Source: Mycobacteriales bacterium (GTDB lineage: Bacteria > Actinomycetota > Actinomycetes > Mycobacteriales > SCTD01). From it: DNA of 64,000 nucleotides. The DNA lies in contig DASTLY010000067.1 of NCBI GenBank assembly GCA_035714445.1, forward strand, positions 9,498-73,497, in the 5' to 3' direction. Positions within the stretch are counted from its first letter, which is position 1; each line of letters opens with the position of its first letter. The position numbers were made by a program, and so were the translations under genes. Below, piece by piece: positions 42,872-52,330 of this stretch. The notes under the pieces were generated by a model that was given only the letters and a program-made list of their open reading frames with translations, was not told the DNA's origin and searched no databases.

Positions 42872-44959
42872 TCACGTCGGGGTCGGCTCGGTCTGGGGAG
42901 TGCTGATGGGGGCAGAACGTACCGCCCCTCCACCCACGCCCTCGCGCAGCAGGGTGGCGAGTCGGTCGACGCCGGGTGCGGCGAGCAGGTCCTCGAGGCC
43001 GAGCGGCCGGCCCTGCCCGTCCGCGACCGGCAGCCGCCAGTTGGGGTACTCGTCGACGGTGCCCGGCAGGTTGGGCTGGCGCAGGTCGCCGACGGCGTCG
43101 CCGAAGGCCGCCAGCACGACCCGGCAGGGCGACGCCGCCAGCGCCGCGTGCATGGCCAGCACCTCGTCGCCACCGGCGGCCTCGAGCAGCCCCTGCTCCT
43201 CGAGCATCGCGAACAGGCCCTTGCGCTCGGCGCGTACCCGCTCCCGCTCCTGCTCCACGGGCATGCCGAGCTGGCCCAGCTCGTCGCGCACCCGGACGTG
43301 CTCCTCGGCCAGGAAGCCGGCCGCCGTCGGCAGGTCGTGGGTCGTGACGCTCGCCATCGCCAGCTCCCGCCACTGCGCCGGCGGGACGAACGCGTCGTCC
43401 TCGGTCTCGAACCACAGCACCGCGCTGCCGAGCACGCCGGCGGCGTCGAGGGTGGTCCGGACCCGGTCCTCCACGGTGCCGAGGTCCTCGCCGACCACGA
43501 CGGCGCCGGCCCGGACCGCCTCGAGGGCCAGCACGCCGAGCATGGCGTCGGCGTCGTACGAGACGTAGGTGCCGTCCGCGGCCGAGGCCCCGGCGGGCAC
43601 CCACCACAACCGGAACAGGCCCATGACGTGGTCGATCCGGACGCCGCCCGCGTGCCGCAGCACGCCGCGCACGAGCTCCCGGTAGGGCGCGTAGCCCAGC
43701 TCGCGGAGCCGGTCGGGGCGCCACGGCGGCAGCCCCCAGTCCTGGCCCTGTTGGTTGAACGAGTCCGGCGGGGCGCCCACCGTGGTGGTCAGCGCGAGGG
43801 CGTCCTGCAGGGCCCACGCGTCGGCGCCGCCGGCGTCGACGCCCACGGCGAGGTCGTGGACGACTCCCAGGGCCATCCCCTCGCACGCCGCGCCGACCGC
43901 GGCGAGCTGCTCGTCCACCAGCAGCTGCACCCAGCACCAGAAGTCGACCCGCTCGGCGAGCTCCTCGCGGGCGGCGGCCACCCCGGCAGCGTCCGGCCGG
44001 CGCAGCTGCGCCGGCCAGTCCTGCCACGGCACGCCGTGAATCTCCGCGAGGGCCCAGAACAGCGCGACGTCGCTGAGTGCCTGCCCGAGCTCGGCCCGGA
44101 AGTCGGCCAGCGGCCCGGCGCGGTGCAGCGGCCAGAGCAGCTCGAGCGCCGCCAGCTTGGCCTGCCACGCCGGGTCGCGCTGGACCCGCTCCGGGTCGGT
44201 GGCCGGCCGCAGCCCGGCGATCCGCCTCCGCAGCGCGGCGTCGGCGGCCGCGTACTCCGGGACGTCCTCGATCCGCAGCCACAGGGGCGAGCGGAAGCGC
44301 CGGCTGGACGGGGAGTAGGGCGAGGGGTTGATCGGCAGGACCGGCGTCTCGGCGTGCAGGGGGTTCGCCAGCACCACGCCGCCGCCCTGGGCCGCGGTGT
44401 GCGCCACGACGGTGCGCAGGTCGGCGTAGTCCCCGACACCCCAGGAGCCCGCGCTGCGCAGGGCGTACAACTGCACCATCCAGCCCCAGGTGCGGTCCAT
44501 GCCGGCCGGCAGCCCGATCCGGTTCGGCGCGACGACGAGCACGCACTCGTCGCCGCCGGCCCGCAGCCGGTGCCAGCCCAGGCCCAGCGCCGGCAGGGCG
44601 ACCTCGCGGAGCGCCCGCCCGTCGCGCTCCGCGAGCACCGGGCCGGCCACCGGAACGTCCTCGGTGCCGCCGTCCTCGCGCTCGAGCACCAGCGGGCCGT
44701 CGCCGCGCAGCTCGACCCGCGCCGGCTCGCCCTCGCGCACGACCAGCGCCGGCGGCAGGGCGCGCCGCCACGGCGCCGCGGCCAAGTCCTCGATCGCGGC
44801 CGCGAGCCGGTCCGGCCCGGCCGCGTCGACGCCGAGCGCGGCCAGCGCGGCCAGGACGGCCTCGGGGCCGACCTCGACCGGCTCGCCCGCCCAGTCCTCG
44901 TACGACGTCGCGACGCCGTGGCCGGCCGCGAGCGCGGCGAGGTCCGGGGCGATGCTCAC
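42872..44959 (-). CDS. malQ: 4-alpha-glucanotransferase (amylomaltase)
   Basis: GH77 motifs WGVGDYADL, SPYSPSSRRF, RIDHVMGLFRLWW and VVGEDLGTV. GTG 44959 chosen (VSIAPDLAALAAGHGVATSY...). Confidence 0.85.
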   Translation of the reverse strand: MSIAPDLAALAAGHGVATSYEDWAGEPVEVGPEAVLAALAALGVDAAGPDRLAAAIEDLAAAPWRRALPPALVVREGEPARVELRGDGPLVLEREDGGTEDVPVAGPVLAERDGRALREVALPALGLGWHRLRAGGDECVLVVAPNRIGLPAGMDRTWGWMVQLYALRSAGSWGVGDYADLRTVVAHTAAQGGGVVLANPLHAETPVLPINPSPYSPSSRRFRSPLWLRIEDVPEYAAADAALRRRIAGLRPATDPERVQRDPAWQAKLAALELLWPLHRAGPLADFRAELGQALSDVALFWALAEIHGVPWQDWPAQLRRPDAAGVAAAREELAERVDFWCWVQLLVDEQLAAVGAACEGMALGVVHDLAVGVDAGGADAWALQDALALTTTVGAPPDSFNQQGQDWGLPPWRPDRLRELGYAPYRELVRGVLRHAGGVRIDHVMGLFRLWWVPAGASAADGTYVSYDADAMLGVLALEAVRAGAVVVGEDLGTVEDRVRTTLDAAGVLGSAVLWFETEDDAFVPPAQWRELAMASVTTHDLPTAAGFLAEEHVRVRDELGQLGMPVEQERERVRAERKGLFAMLEEQGLLEAAGGDEVLAMHAALAASPCRVVLAAFGDAVGDLRQPNLPGTVDEYPNWRLPVADGQGRPLGLEDLLAAPGVDRLATLLREGVGGGAVRSAPISTPQTEPTPT

Positions 44960-44987
44960 CCCGGCTGCCTGCCCAGCACCCACAGAC

Positions 44988-45512
44988 CTACCCGCCCGAC
45001 ACCGGGCCGTCTGTCCGGAGCCGGGCGTACTGCACCAGGTCCCGCCAGGCACCGCTCCGCCACTGGGCCCCGCGCAGCACGCACTCGCGGCGGAACCCCG
45101 CGTGCTCCAGCGCCCGCTGCTCCGGCACGTTCGCCAGGTCGGTCGACGCCTCGACCCGGTGCACCGGGTAGCTGACGAACAGGTAGTCCGCGAGCATGCG
45201 CTGCGCCCGGCTGCCGTGCCCGGCGCCGCGGGCCGGCGGTCGCAGCGAGATGCCGATGTTGAGCGCGGTGGACCCGCGGTTGGGGCCGTACGTCACCTCG
45301 TGCCAGCTCACCGACCCGAGCAGCACGTCGGCGCCGTCGGTCACCACGAGCCGGCCGAGTCCGCCCGGCCGGCTGGTCGCGGTCGCGTCGTAGCGACTGG
45401 GGGTGGGGCCGCCGCCGAAGTCCTCGAACTCCGACGCCGGCTCGGCGCGCCAGCGGGCGAGGACGTTCTCCTCCTCGGGCCGGACCGGCCGAAGCCTGGT
45501 CACGACGCTCAC
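44988..45512 (-). CDS. GNAT family N-acetyltransferase
   Basis: RimJ/RimL-like pattern ...IGISLRPPARGAGHGSRAQRMLADYLF...HRVEASTDLANVPEQRALEHAGFRREC. GTGA overlap with the amidase stop (45509-45512). Confidence 0.75.
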   Translation of the reverse strand: MSVVTRLRPVRPEEENVLARWRAEPASEFEDFGGGPTPSRYDATATSRPGGLGRLVVTDGADVLLGSVSWHEVTYGPNRGSTALNIGISLRPPARGAGHGSRAQRMLADYLFVSYPVHRVEASTDLANVPEQRALEHAGFRRECVLRGAQWRSGAWRDLVQYARLRTDGPVSGG

Positions 45513-46915
45513 GAGGTCCAGGCCGGCGGGTGCCGGTCCGCCCACGGCCGGGCGGCCTCGAGCTGCGCGGACAGGGACAGCAGCGTGACCTCGTCGGCCG
45601 GCCGCCCCACGAGCATGACGCCGATCGGCAGCCCGGCCGGGGACAGGTGCAGCGGCAGGCTGACGGCGGGCTGCCCGGTCGCGTTGAACAGCGCGGTGAA
45701 CGGCGTCCACTGCTTCATCCGGGCGAACTCCGCCGCCGGGTCCGACCCGTCGCCCGCGGCGCTGAACCAGCCGATCGGCGCCGGCGGCTGGGCCAGCGTC
45801 GGCAGCAGCAGGACGTCGTACGCCGAGGTGGCCCGGATGCCGGCGCGGGTGGCGGACTGCACGGCGGCGACCGCGGCGGTGAACTGGCGGGCGGACAGCG
45901 CGCGGCCGCGCTCGCGCAGCCAGCGGGTCAGCGGCAGCAGCTCGCCCTCGCGCTCCGCGGCGACCGGCACCCCGGCCGCGCTGACCGACCACAGCACCTC
46001 GAAGGAGGGGACCAGCTCCGGGCCGTACGGCGGGTCGATGTCGGTGACCTCGTGCCCGAGCTCGGCGAGCAGGCCGGACGCCGCGTCGTACGCCTCGACG
46101 ACGTGCGGGTGCACGACGGCGCCCTCGACCACCGGGGTGCGGGTGCGGCCGACCCGCAGCCGGCCGGGCGGCCGCGAGCAGGCCGACAGGAAGCTCTGCT
46201 CCGGCGGGGGCGCCCAGTGCGGGTCCCCGGGCATCGGGCCGGCGAGCACGTCCAGCATGGCCGCGGCATCGCGCACGGTGCGCCCGAGCGGGCCGTCCCA
46301 CGCCAGGCCGGTGATGTCACCGTTGACCGGCCCCCGGCTGATCCGGCCGCGGCTGACCTTGAGGCCGACCAGCCCGTTGACGCTGCCGGGGATGCGCAGC
46401 GAGCCGCCGCCGTCGGACCCCTGGGCGACCGGAAGGAGACCGGCGGCGACCGCGGCTCCCGCCCCGCCGCTGCTGCCTCCGGCCGACAGCGACAGGTCCC
46501 AGGGGTTGCGGGTGGGCGGGCCGACGGCGGTCTCGGTGTAGCAGGGCAGCCCGAACTCCGGCGTCGCGGTCTTGCCCAGGCTGATCAGGCCCGCGTCGCG
46601 CAGCTTCTCGACCACGTGATCGTCGACGGCCGGGACGAACCCCTGCATAGCCCGGGAGCCGAAGCCGGTGGGCACGCCGGACGTGAGGTTGAGGTCCTTG
46701 ATGCCGGTCGGCACTCCCGCCAGCGGACCGGCCGGCAGCGGCCGGCGGGCCTGCTCGCGGGCGGCGTCGACGGTCAGCGTCACGAACGCGCCGAGCTCCC
46801 CGTCGAGCCGCTCGATCCGCGCGGCGTAGTGCTCCACCAGCTCCAGCGCGGTCACCTCGCCGGCGCGCACGGCGGCGCCCTGCTCCAGAGCCGTCAGGTC
46901 ATGCAGCTGCGCCAT
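45509..46915 (-). CDS. amidase (amidase-signature family)
   Basis: AS-family motifs GGSSGGAGAAVA and GSDGGGSLRIPGS, with catalytic Lys region GIKDL. Confidence 0.85.
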   Translation of the reverse strand: MAQLHDLTALEQGAAVRAGEVTALELVEHYAARIERLDGELGAFVTLTVDAAREQARRPLPAGPLAGVPTGIKDLNLTSGVPTGFGSRAMQGFVPAVDDHVVEKLRDAGLISLGKTATPEFGLPCYTETAVGPPTRNPWDLSLSAGGSSGGAGAAVAAGLLPVAQGSDGGGSLRIPGSVNGLVGLKVSRGRISRGPVNGDITGLAWDGPLGRTVRDAAAMLDVLAGPMPGDPHWAPPPEQSFLSACSRPPGRLRVGRTRTPVVEGAVVHPHVVEAYDAASGLLAELGHEVTDIDPPYGPELVPSFEVLWSVSAAGVPVAAEREGELLPLTRWLRERGRALSARQFTAAVAAVQSATRAGIRATSAYDVLLLPTLAQPPAPIGWFSAAGDGSDPAAEFARMKQWTPFTALFNATGQPAVSLPLHLSPAGLPIGVMLVGRPADEVTLLSLSAQLEAARPWADRHPPAWTS

Positions 46916-46934
46916 CGGGGGAACGTACCGGCCC

Positions 46935-47459
46935 TCAGGCGGGCTCCTCCAGGGCGGCGAGATCCGGCAGGCCCTGCAGGAACGGCCGCCACCGCGGGTC
47001 GAGGCGGCGGGCCCCGACCACCCGCCACGCGGCGCCGCTCGGGGCCACCGGCGCCCGGCGCAGCCGCCAGCCGAGCTCGCTGACCGCGCGGTCCGCCTTG
47101 GCGTGGTTGCAGCGCCCGCACGCCGAGACCACGTTGTCCCAGGTGTGCGGGCCGCCGCGGCTCTTGGGCACGACGTGGTCGAGGCTCGTCGCGGCGGCCC
47201 CGCAGTAGACGCACCGGCCGCCGTCGCGGGCGAAGACCGCCTTGCGCGTCAGGGGAACCGTCGCCCGGTACGGCACCCGTACGTACCGGGTGAGCCGCAC
47301 GACGCAGGGCACCGGCAGCTCGGTGCGGGCGCTGTGCAGGACGTCGTCGGTGCCGGCGACCGGCACGGCCTTTGCGGTGAGGACGAGGACCACGGCCCGG
47401 CGGCCCGGCACCACACACAGCGGTTCGTACGTCGCGTTGAGCACCAGCGCGTCGGCCAT
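46935..47459 (-). CDS. HNH endonuclease
   Basis: CVYCG...LDHVVPKSRGGPHTWDNVVSACGRCNHAK is a classical HNH/McrA-type motif. Confidence 0.8.
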   Translation of the reverse strand: MADALVLNATYEPLCVVPGRRAVVLVLTAKAVPVAGTDDVLHSARTELPVPCVVRLTRYVRVPYRATVPLTRKAVFARDGGRCVYCGAAATSLDHVVPKSRGGPHTWDNVVSACGRCNHAKADRAVSELGWRLRRAPVAPSGAAWRVVGARRLDPRWRPFLQGLPDLAALEEPA

Positions 47460-47555
47460 CCGCCCTCCTCACGGCGATTCTGGCCGATCTGGGCCGGATG
47501 CGCCACGCACCGCTCCGACACGTGGCCGCCCGCGGCCGTGCGCGAGCATGCAGGG

Positions 47556-47996
47556 GTGGACGTCGCCCTGCTCGTGCCGGTGCTCCACCTCGTCACCGTG
47601 AGCTACCTGGCCGGGCTGGTCTGGGTCGTGCAGCTCGTGGTCTACCCGGGCTTTCGGGCGGTGGGCCCGACCGCCGCCTGGCCGGCCTTCCATCGCGCGC
47701 ACGGCCGGGCGATGGCCTGGGCGGTGGCGGCGCCGTGGGCGGTGCAGGGCGCGACGCTCGGCGTGCTGCTGCTGCGCCGGCCGGCGGGGGTGCCGCTGTG
47801 GCTCGTCCTGCTGGCCGCCGCGCTGGCCCTGGTCACCGTCGGCGTCACCGTGGCGTCGTCGGTGCCGCTGCACGGGCGGCTGCAGCCGTACGACCCGGCG
47901 CTCGCCGACCGGCTGGTCGCCACCAACTGGCTGCGGACGGCCGCCTGGACCGCCGGCGCCGGTGTCGCCGCGGCGATGGTGCTGAGCGCGTCCTAG
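47556..47996 (+). CDS. integral membrane protein (4 TM, tentatively DUF1772-like)
   Basis: Four hydrophobic helices. GTG 47556 in frame with track ORF 47103..47996. Stop lies 3 nt before the next gene. Confidence 0.5.
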   Translation: MDVALLVPVLHLVTVSYLAGLVWVVQLVVYPGFRAVGPTAAWPAFHRAHGRAMAWAVAAPWAVQGATLGVLLLRRPAGVPLWLVLLAAALALVTVGVTVASSVPLHGRLQPYDPALADRLVATNWLRTAAWTAGAGVAAAMVLSAS

Positions 47997-47999
47997 CGT

Positions 48000-50033
48000 G
48001 TGCGGGTGATCGTCTACCCGGCCGCCCGGCGCGCCGACACCGTCGAGGACCTGCACGGCGTCCGCGTCGCCGACCCGTACCGCTGGCTGGAGGACGCGAC
48101 CGCACCGGAGACGACCGCCTGGCGGCAGGCGCAGGACGAGCTGTGCGCGGCCGAGCTGGGCGCGCTGCCCGGCCGGGAGCAGCTGCGCGGGCAGCTCAGC
48201 CAGCTGCTGCAGGCCGGCTCGGTGGGCCCGCCGGCGTGGCGCGGCGACCGAACGTTCCGCACCCGCCGGCAGCCGGGCCAGGAGCACGCGGTGCTGTGGG
48301 TGCGGGCTCCGACACCGGCTGGGGCCGGCGACCGGCCGCTGCTGGACGTCGGCGCGCTCGACCCGACCGGCGCGACGACGCTGGACAGCTGGGCCCCGAG
48401 CAAGGAGGGGCGCCTGCTGGCCTACCAGCTGTCGACCGGCGGCGACGAGGAGTCGCTGCTGCGGGTGCTCGACGTCGACACCGGCGAGGTCGTCGACGGC
48501 CCGATCGACCGCTGCCGCTACTCCCCCGTGGCGTGGGTGCCCGGCGGCGACGCCTTCTACTACGTACGCCGGCTCGCTCCCGCCCTCGTGCCGGCCGGCG
48601 AGGAGCAGTTCCACCGCCGGGTCTACCGGCACGTCGTCGGCACGCCGGCCGCTGACGACGTCGAGGTGTGGGGCGCCGGGCTCGACCTGACCAACTACTA
48701 CGGCTGCTCGGTGTCCCTGGACGGCCGGTGGCTCGTCGTCAGCGCCAGCGCGGGCACCGCACCGCGCGACGACGTCTGGCTGTTCGACCTCGAGGCCGGC
48801 GGGCCGCCGGCCGAGGTCCAGGTCGGCGTGGACGCCCGCTGCGGCGCCTGGGTCGCCCGCGACGGACGGCTGTGGGTGCACACCGACGCCGGCGCGCCCC
48901 GCGGCCGGCTCTGCACGGCCGACCCGACCTCGCCGCAGGACTGGACGACCCTGGTCGAGCAGGACCCGGAGGCGGTGCTCGAGGACGTCGAGCAGCTCGA
49001 GGACGGCCGGCTCGTGGTGCTGCGCAGCCGGCACGCGGTCAGCGAGGTGACCGTCGACGGCGTGCCGCTGCCGCTACCCGGGATCGGCACGGTCGGGGGC
49101 CTGTCGGGCCACCCGGAGGGCGGCTCGGAGCTGTGGCTGAGCTGGACCGACACCACGACGCCACCGCAGGTGCACCGCTACGACGGCACCGCGCTGGCGC
49201 TGGAGGAGGCGGCTCCCGGCACGCCCGACCTGCCGGCGGTGCGCTCCCAGCTCGTCGAGGTGACGTCCGCGGACGGCACCGTGGTCCGGGCACTCGTCCT
49301 GTCGCCGGTCGGGCCGGGCCGCGCGCGCCCGACCGTCCTGTACGGCTACGGCGGCTTCGGGGTCTCGCTGAGCCCCGGCTACACCCCAAGCGCGCTCGCC
49401 TGGGTCGCGGCCGGCGGGGTCTGGGTGGTGGCCAACCTGCGGGGCGGCGCCGAGGAGGGCGAGGCCTGGCACCGCGCGGGCATGCGCGAGCACAAGCAGA
49501 ACGTCTTCGACGACCTCGCGGCGGTGGCGGACGCGCTGGTGGACCGGGGCTGGACCACGACCGCGCAGCTCGGCATCTACGGCGGCTCCAACGGCGGGCT
49601 GCTGGTGGGCGCCGCGCTCACCCAGCGGCCGGAGGCGTACGCGGCGGTGGTCTGCTCGGCGCCGCTGCTCGACATGGTGCGGTACGAGCTGTTCGGGCTG
49701 GGCCGCACCTGGAACGACGAGTACGGCACCGCGGCCGACCCCACAGAGCTGGGCTGGCTGCTGTCGTACTCGCCCTACCACCACGTCCGCGAGGGCGCCG
49801 CGTACCCGGCGGTGCTGTGCACCGTCTTCGACGGCGACTCCCGCGTCGACCCGCTGCACGCCCGCAAGCTGTGCGCGGCGCTGCAGTACGCGACGTCGTC
49901 GGACCGCCCGGTGCTGCTGCGCGACGAGCGCGACGTCGGCCACGGCGCGCGGTCGGTGAGCCGCACCGTCGGCCTGTCGGTCGACGTGCTCGCGTTTCTC
50001 GCCGAGCACACCGGGCTGTCTCTCACCCCGTAG
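48000..50033 (+). CDS. prolyl oligopeptidase family serine peptidase (S9A)
   Basis: N-terminus DPYRWLED. Nucleophile elbow YGGSNGGLLVG. C-terminal catalytic Asp/His region DSRVDP...VGHG. Confidence 0.85.
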   Translation: MRVIVYPAARRADTVEDLHGVRVADPYRWLEDATAPETTAWRQAQDELCAAELGALPGREQLRGQLSQLLQAGSVGPPAWRGDRTFRTRRQPGQEHAVLWVRAPTPAGAGDRPLLDVGALDPTGATTLDSWAPSKEGRLLAYQLSTGGDEESLLRVLDVDTGEVVDGPIDRCRYSPVAWVPGGDAFYYVRRLAPALVPAGEEQFHRRVYRHVVGTPAADDVEVWGAGLDLTNYYGCSVSLDGRWLVVSASAGTAPRDDVWLFDLEAGGPPAEVQVGVDARCGAWVARDGRLWVHTDAGAPRGRLCTADPTSPQDWTTLVEQDPEAVLEDVEQLEDGRLVVLRSRHAVSEVTVDGVPLPLPGIGTVGGLSGHPEGGSELWLSWTDTTTPPQVHRYDGTALALEEAAPGTPDLPAVRSQLVEVTSADGTVVRALVLSPVGPGRARPTVLYGYGGFGVSLSPGYTPSALAWVAAGGVWVVANLRGGAEEGEAWHRAGMREHKQNVFDDLAAVADALVDRGWTTTAQLGIYGGSNGGLLVGAALTQRPEAYAAVVCSAPLLDMVRYELFGLGRTWNDEYGTAADPTELGWLLSYSPYHHVREGAAYPAVLCTVFDGDSRVDPLHARKLCAALQYATSSDRPVLLRDERDVGHGARSVSRTVGLSVDVLAFLAEHTGLSLTP

Positions 50034-50066
50034 CGTGAGCCGCACGCCGGCAGGAAGAGGTCTCCC

Positions 50067-50339
50067 ATGCCCTGGTACGTGCCCATCCTCCTGGCTGTGC
50101 TGGTGTTCCTCGTGCTGTTCGCCCTGTTCAGCGGGCTGGTCGTCTCGCGGCTGAGGGGCTCCTCGCGCCGCCGGAGCGGGCTGCGGGACTCCGACATCAG
50201 CTCCAGCCCGTACGACGGCCGTGGCGGCGACGTCGACCAGTCCGACTCGGGCGGCGGCTGGGGCGGCTGGGGCGGCAGCGACAGCGGGGGCAGCGACAGC
50301 GGTGGGGGCGGCGACGGGGGCGGCGGGGGCGGGGACTGA
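50067..50339 (+). CDS. small membrane protein with Gly/Ser/Asp-rich C-terminal tail
   Basis: MPWYVPILLAVLVFLVLFALFSGLVV forms a TM helix, followed by a basic stretch and then SDSGGGWGGWGGSDSGGSDSGGGGDGGGGGGD. GGAAGAGG lies upstream of the ATG. The low-complexity tail lowers confidence. Confidence 0.45.
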   Translation: MPWYVPILLAVLVFLVLFALFSGLVVSRLRGSSRRRSGLRDSDISSSPYDGRGGDVDQSDSGGGWGGWGGSDSGGSDSGGGGDGGGGGGD

Positions 50340-50379
50340 CCGACGGGCCGAGCCGCAGGATCTGCACGACACTGGGAGC

Positions 50380-51855
50380 ATGCGGACGCTGGTCACGGGC
50401 GCGACCGGCTACATCGGCGGCCGGCTGGTGCCGCGGCTGCTCGCGGAGGGCTACGACGTACGCGCGATGACCCGGGACGCCGGGCGGCTGCGCGACGTCC
50501 CGTGGGCGGCGGAGGTGGAGGTCGTCGAGGCGGACGCCCTGGACCCGGCGGCGCTCGGGCCGGCGCTGACCGGGATCGACGTCGCCTACTACCTCATCCA
50601 CTCCATCGACACCGGGGAGTTCGAGGACACCGACCGGCGGGCGGCGCAGGCTTTCGCGGACGCGGCCCGCACCGCGGGGGTGCGCCGGATCGTCTACCTC
50701 GGCGGCCTGGTGCCCCCGCACCAGCAGCTCAGCCCGCACCTGCGCTCGCGGCACGAGGTCGGCCAGGTGCTGCTGGACAGCGGCGTGCCGACAGCGGTGC
50801 TGCAGGCCGCGGTGATCCTCGGCAGCGGCTCGGCGTCGTTCGAGATGCTGCGCTACCTGACCGAGCGGCTGCCGGCGATGGTGACCCCGAGGTGGGTGAA
50901 GACCCGGATCCAGCCCATCGCCGTACGCGACGTGCTCCGCTACCTCGTCGGCTGCGCCCAGCTCCCGGCCACGGTGTCCCGGCGCTTCGACATCGGTGGC
51001 CCCGACGTCCTCACGTACGCGCAGATGATGCAGCGCTACGCAGCGGTCGCGGGGCTCCGTCCACGGCTGATCCTGCCGGTGCCCCTGCTCACCCCCCGGT
51101 TGTCCGGGCACTGGGTCAACATCGTCACGCCGGTGCCGGGCGCGCTGGCCAAGCCGCTGGTGCTGTCGCTCGTCAACGAGGTGGTGTGCTCCGAGCACGA
51201 CATCGCGGCGTACGTACCGGACCCGCCCGAGGGCCTGCTGCCCTTCGACGAGGCCGTACGGCTGGCGCTGCAGCGCATCCGTGACGCCGCCGTCGAGACC
51301 CGGTGGTCCTCGGCGAGCTGGCCGGGCGCCCCGTCGGACCCGCTGCCGACCGACCCGGACTGGGCCGGCGGCACGCTGTACGAGGACGACCGCCGCCGCG
51401 CCGTCGACGCGGCCCCCGAGGACCTGTGGCGGGTCATCGAGGGGATTGGCGGCGACAACGGCTGGTACTCCTTCCCCCTGGCGTGGACCGTGCGCGGCCT
51501 GATGGACCGGCTCGCCGGCGGGGTCGGCCTGCGCCGCGGCCGGCGCGACCCGCACGTGCTCTACATCGGCGAGTCGCTGGACTGGTGGCGGGTGGAGGAG
51601 ATCGTCCCGGGCGAGCTGCTGCGGCTGCGGGCCGAGATGCGGGTGCCGGGGGTGGCATGGCTGGAGCTGGGGGTGGAAGAGCGGGACGGGCACACGGTGT
51701 TCCACCAGCGAGCGGTCTTCTTCCCGCGCGGCCTCGCCGGGCACGCCTACTGGTGGGCCATCGCCCCGTTCCACGGGGCGGTGTTCGGGGGGATGCTGCG
51801 CAACATCGCGGCAGCCGCCCGGCGGGCCGGCCAGAGTCGAGAGGCAGTGCGCTGA
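50380..51855 (+). CDS. NAD(P)-binding SDR-family protein fused to a DUF2867-like C-terminal domain
   Basis: MRTLVTGATGYIGGRLV Rossmann motif. C-terminal ...WYSFPLAWTVRGLMDRL...LDWWRVEE... resembles DUF2867. ATG 50380. Confidence 0.8.
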   Translation: MRTLVTGATGYIGGRLVPRLLAEGYDVRAMTRDAGRLRDVPWAAEVEVVEADALDPAALGPALTGIDVAYYLIHSIDTGEFEDTDRRAAQAFADAARTAGVRRIVYLGGLVPPHQQLSPHLRSRHEVGQVLLDSGVPTAVLQAAVILGSGSASFEMLRYLTERLPAMVTPRWVKTRIQPIAVRDVLRYLVGCAQLPATVSRRFDIGGPDVLTYAQMMQRYAAVAGLRPRLILPVPLLTPRLSGHWVNIVTPVPGALAKPLVLSLVNEVVCSEHDIAAYVPDPPEGLLPFDEAVRLALQRIRDAAVETRWSSASWPGAPSDPLPTDPDWAGGTLYEDDRRRAVDAAPEDLWRVIEGIGGDNGWYSFPLAWTVRGLMDRLAGGVGLRRGRRDPHVLYIGESLDWWRVEEIVPGELLRLRAEMRVPGVAWLELGVEERDGHTVFHQRAVFFPRGLAGHAYWWAIAPFHGAVFGGMLRNIAAAARRAGQSREAVR

Positions 51856-51863
51856 GCGAGTCC

Positions 51864-52229
51864 GTGTACGAGATGGTCGGTGGCGAGCCGGTCTTCCGGC
51901 TGCTGGTGGACGAGTTCTACCGGGGCGTGGCCGACGACCCGGTGCTCCGCCCGCTGTACGAGGGCGACGACCTCGAGCCGGCCAAGCGCCGCCTGCAGAT
52001 GTTCCTCGAGCAGTACTGGGGCGGGCCGACGACCTACTCCGAGGAGCGCGGCCACCCCCGGCTGCGGATGCGGCACGTGACGTGGCAGATCGGCGAGCGT
52101 GAGCGCGACGCCTGGCTCACGCACATGTCCGCCGCCGTCGCCCGCCTCGACATCGACGAGCGGGCCCGGGCGGCGATCTGGGACCACCTCGAGCGGGCGG
52201 CCCAGACGCTGGTGAACTCCCCGCGGTAG
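51864..52229 (+). CDS. glbO: group II truncated haemoglobin (GlbO-like)
   Basis: VYEMVGGEPVFRLLVDEFY...LRPLY...MFLEQYWGGPTTYSEERGHPRLRMRH closely matches trHbO. Start uncertain: GTG 51864 or ATG 51873. Confidence 0.85.
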   Translation: MYEMVGGEPVFRLLVDEFYRGVADDPVLRPLYEGDDLEPAKRRLQMFLEQYWGGPTTYSEERGHPRLRMRHVTWQIGERERDAWLTHMSAAVARLDIDERARAAIWDHLERAAQTLVNSPR

Positions 52230-52330
52230 GGACTTGCGCCCGCCACGTCGGCGACCTGCGCTGCACCTGGCGGACCTGGAGAACCCCGCGTACTCCGCCG
52301 CCTGCGCTGCGGGGCGTGCGCTCGCCGTGC

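Noticed and set aside
42461-45175. 904-aa plus-strand ORF antisense to malQ
   Set aside because: R/P/G-rich shadow ORF. The minus strand carries GH77 motifs.
44988-46915. GNAT plus upstream gene as a GNAT-type toxin-antitoxin pair
   Set aside because: The partner is a full-length 468-aa amidase-signature enzyme, not a small RHH/DUF1778 antitoxin. The GNAT resembles RimJ/RimL-type acetyltransferases.
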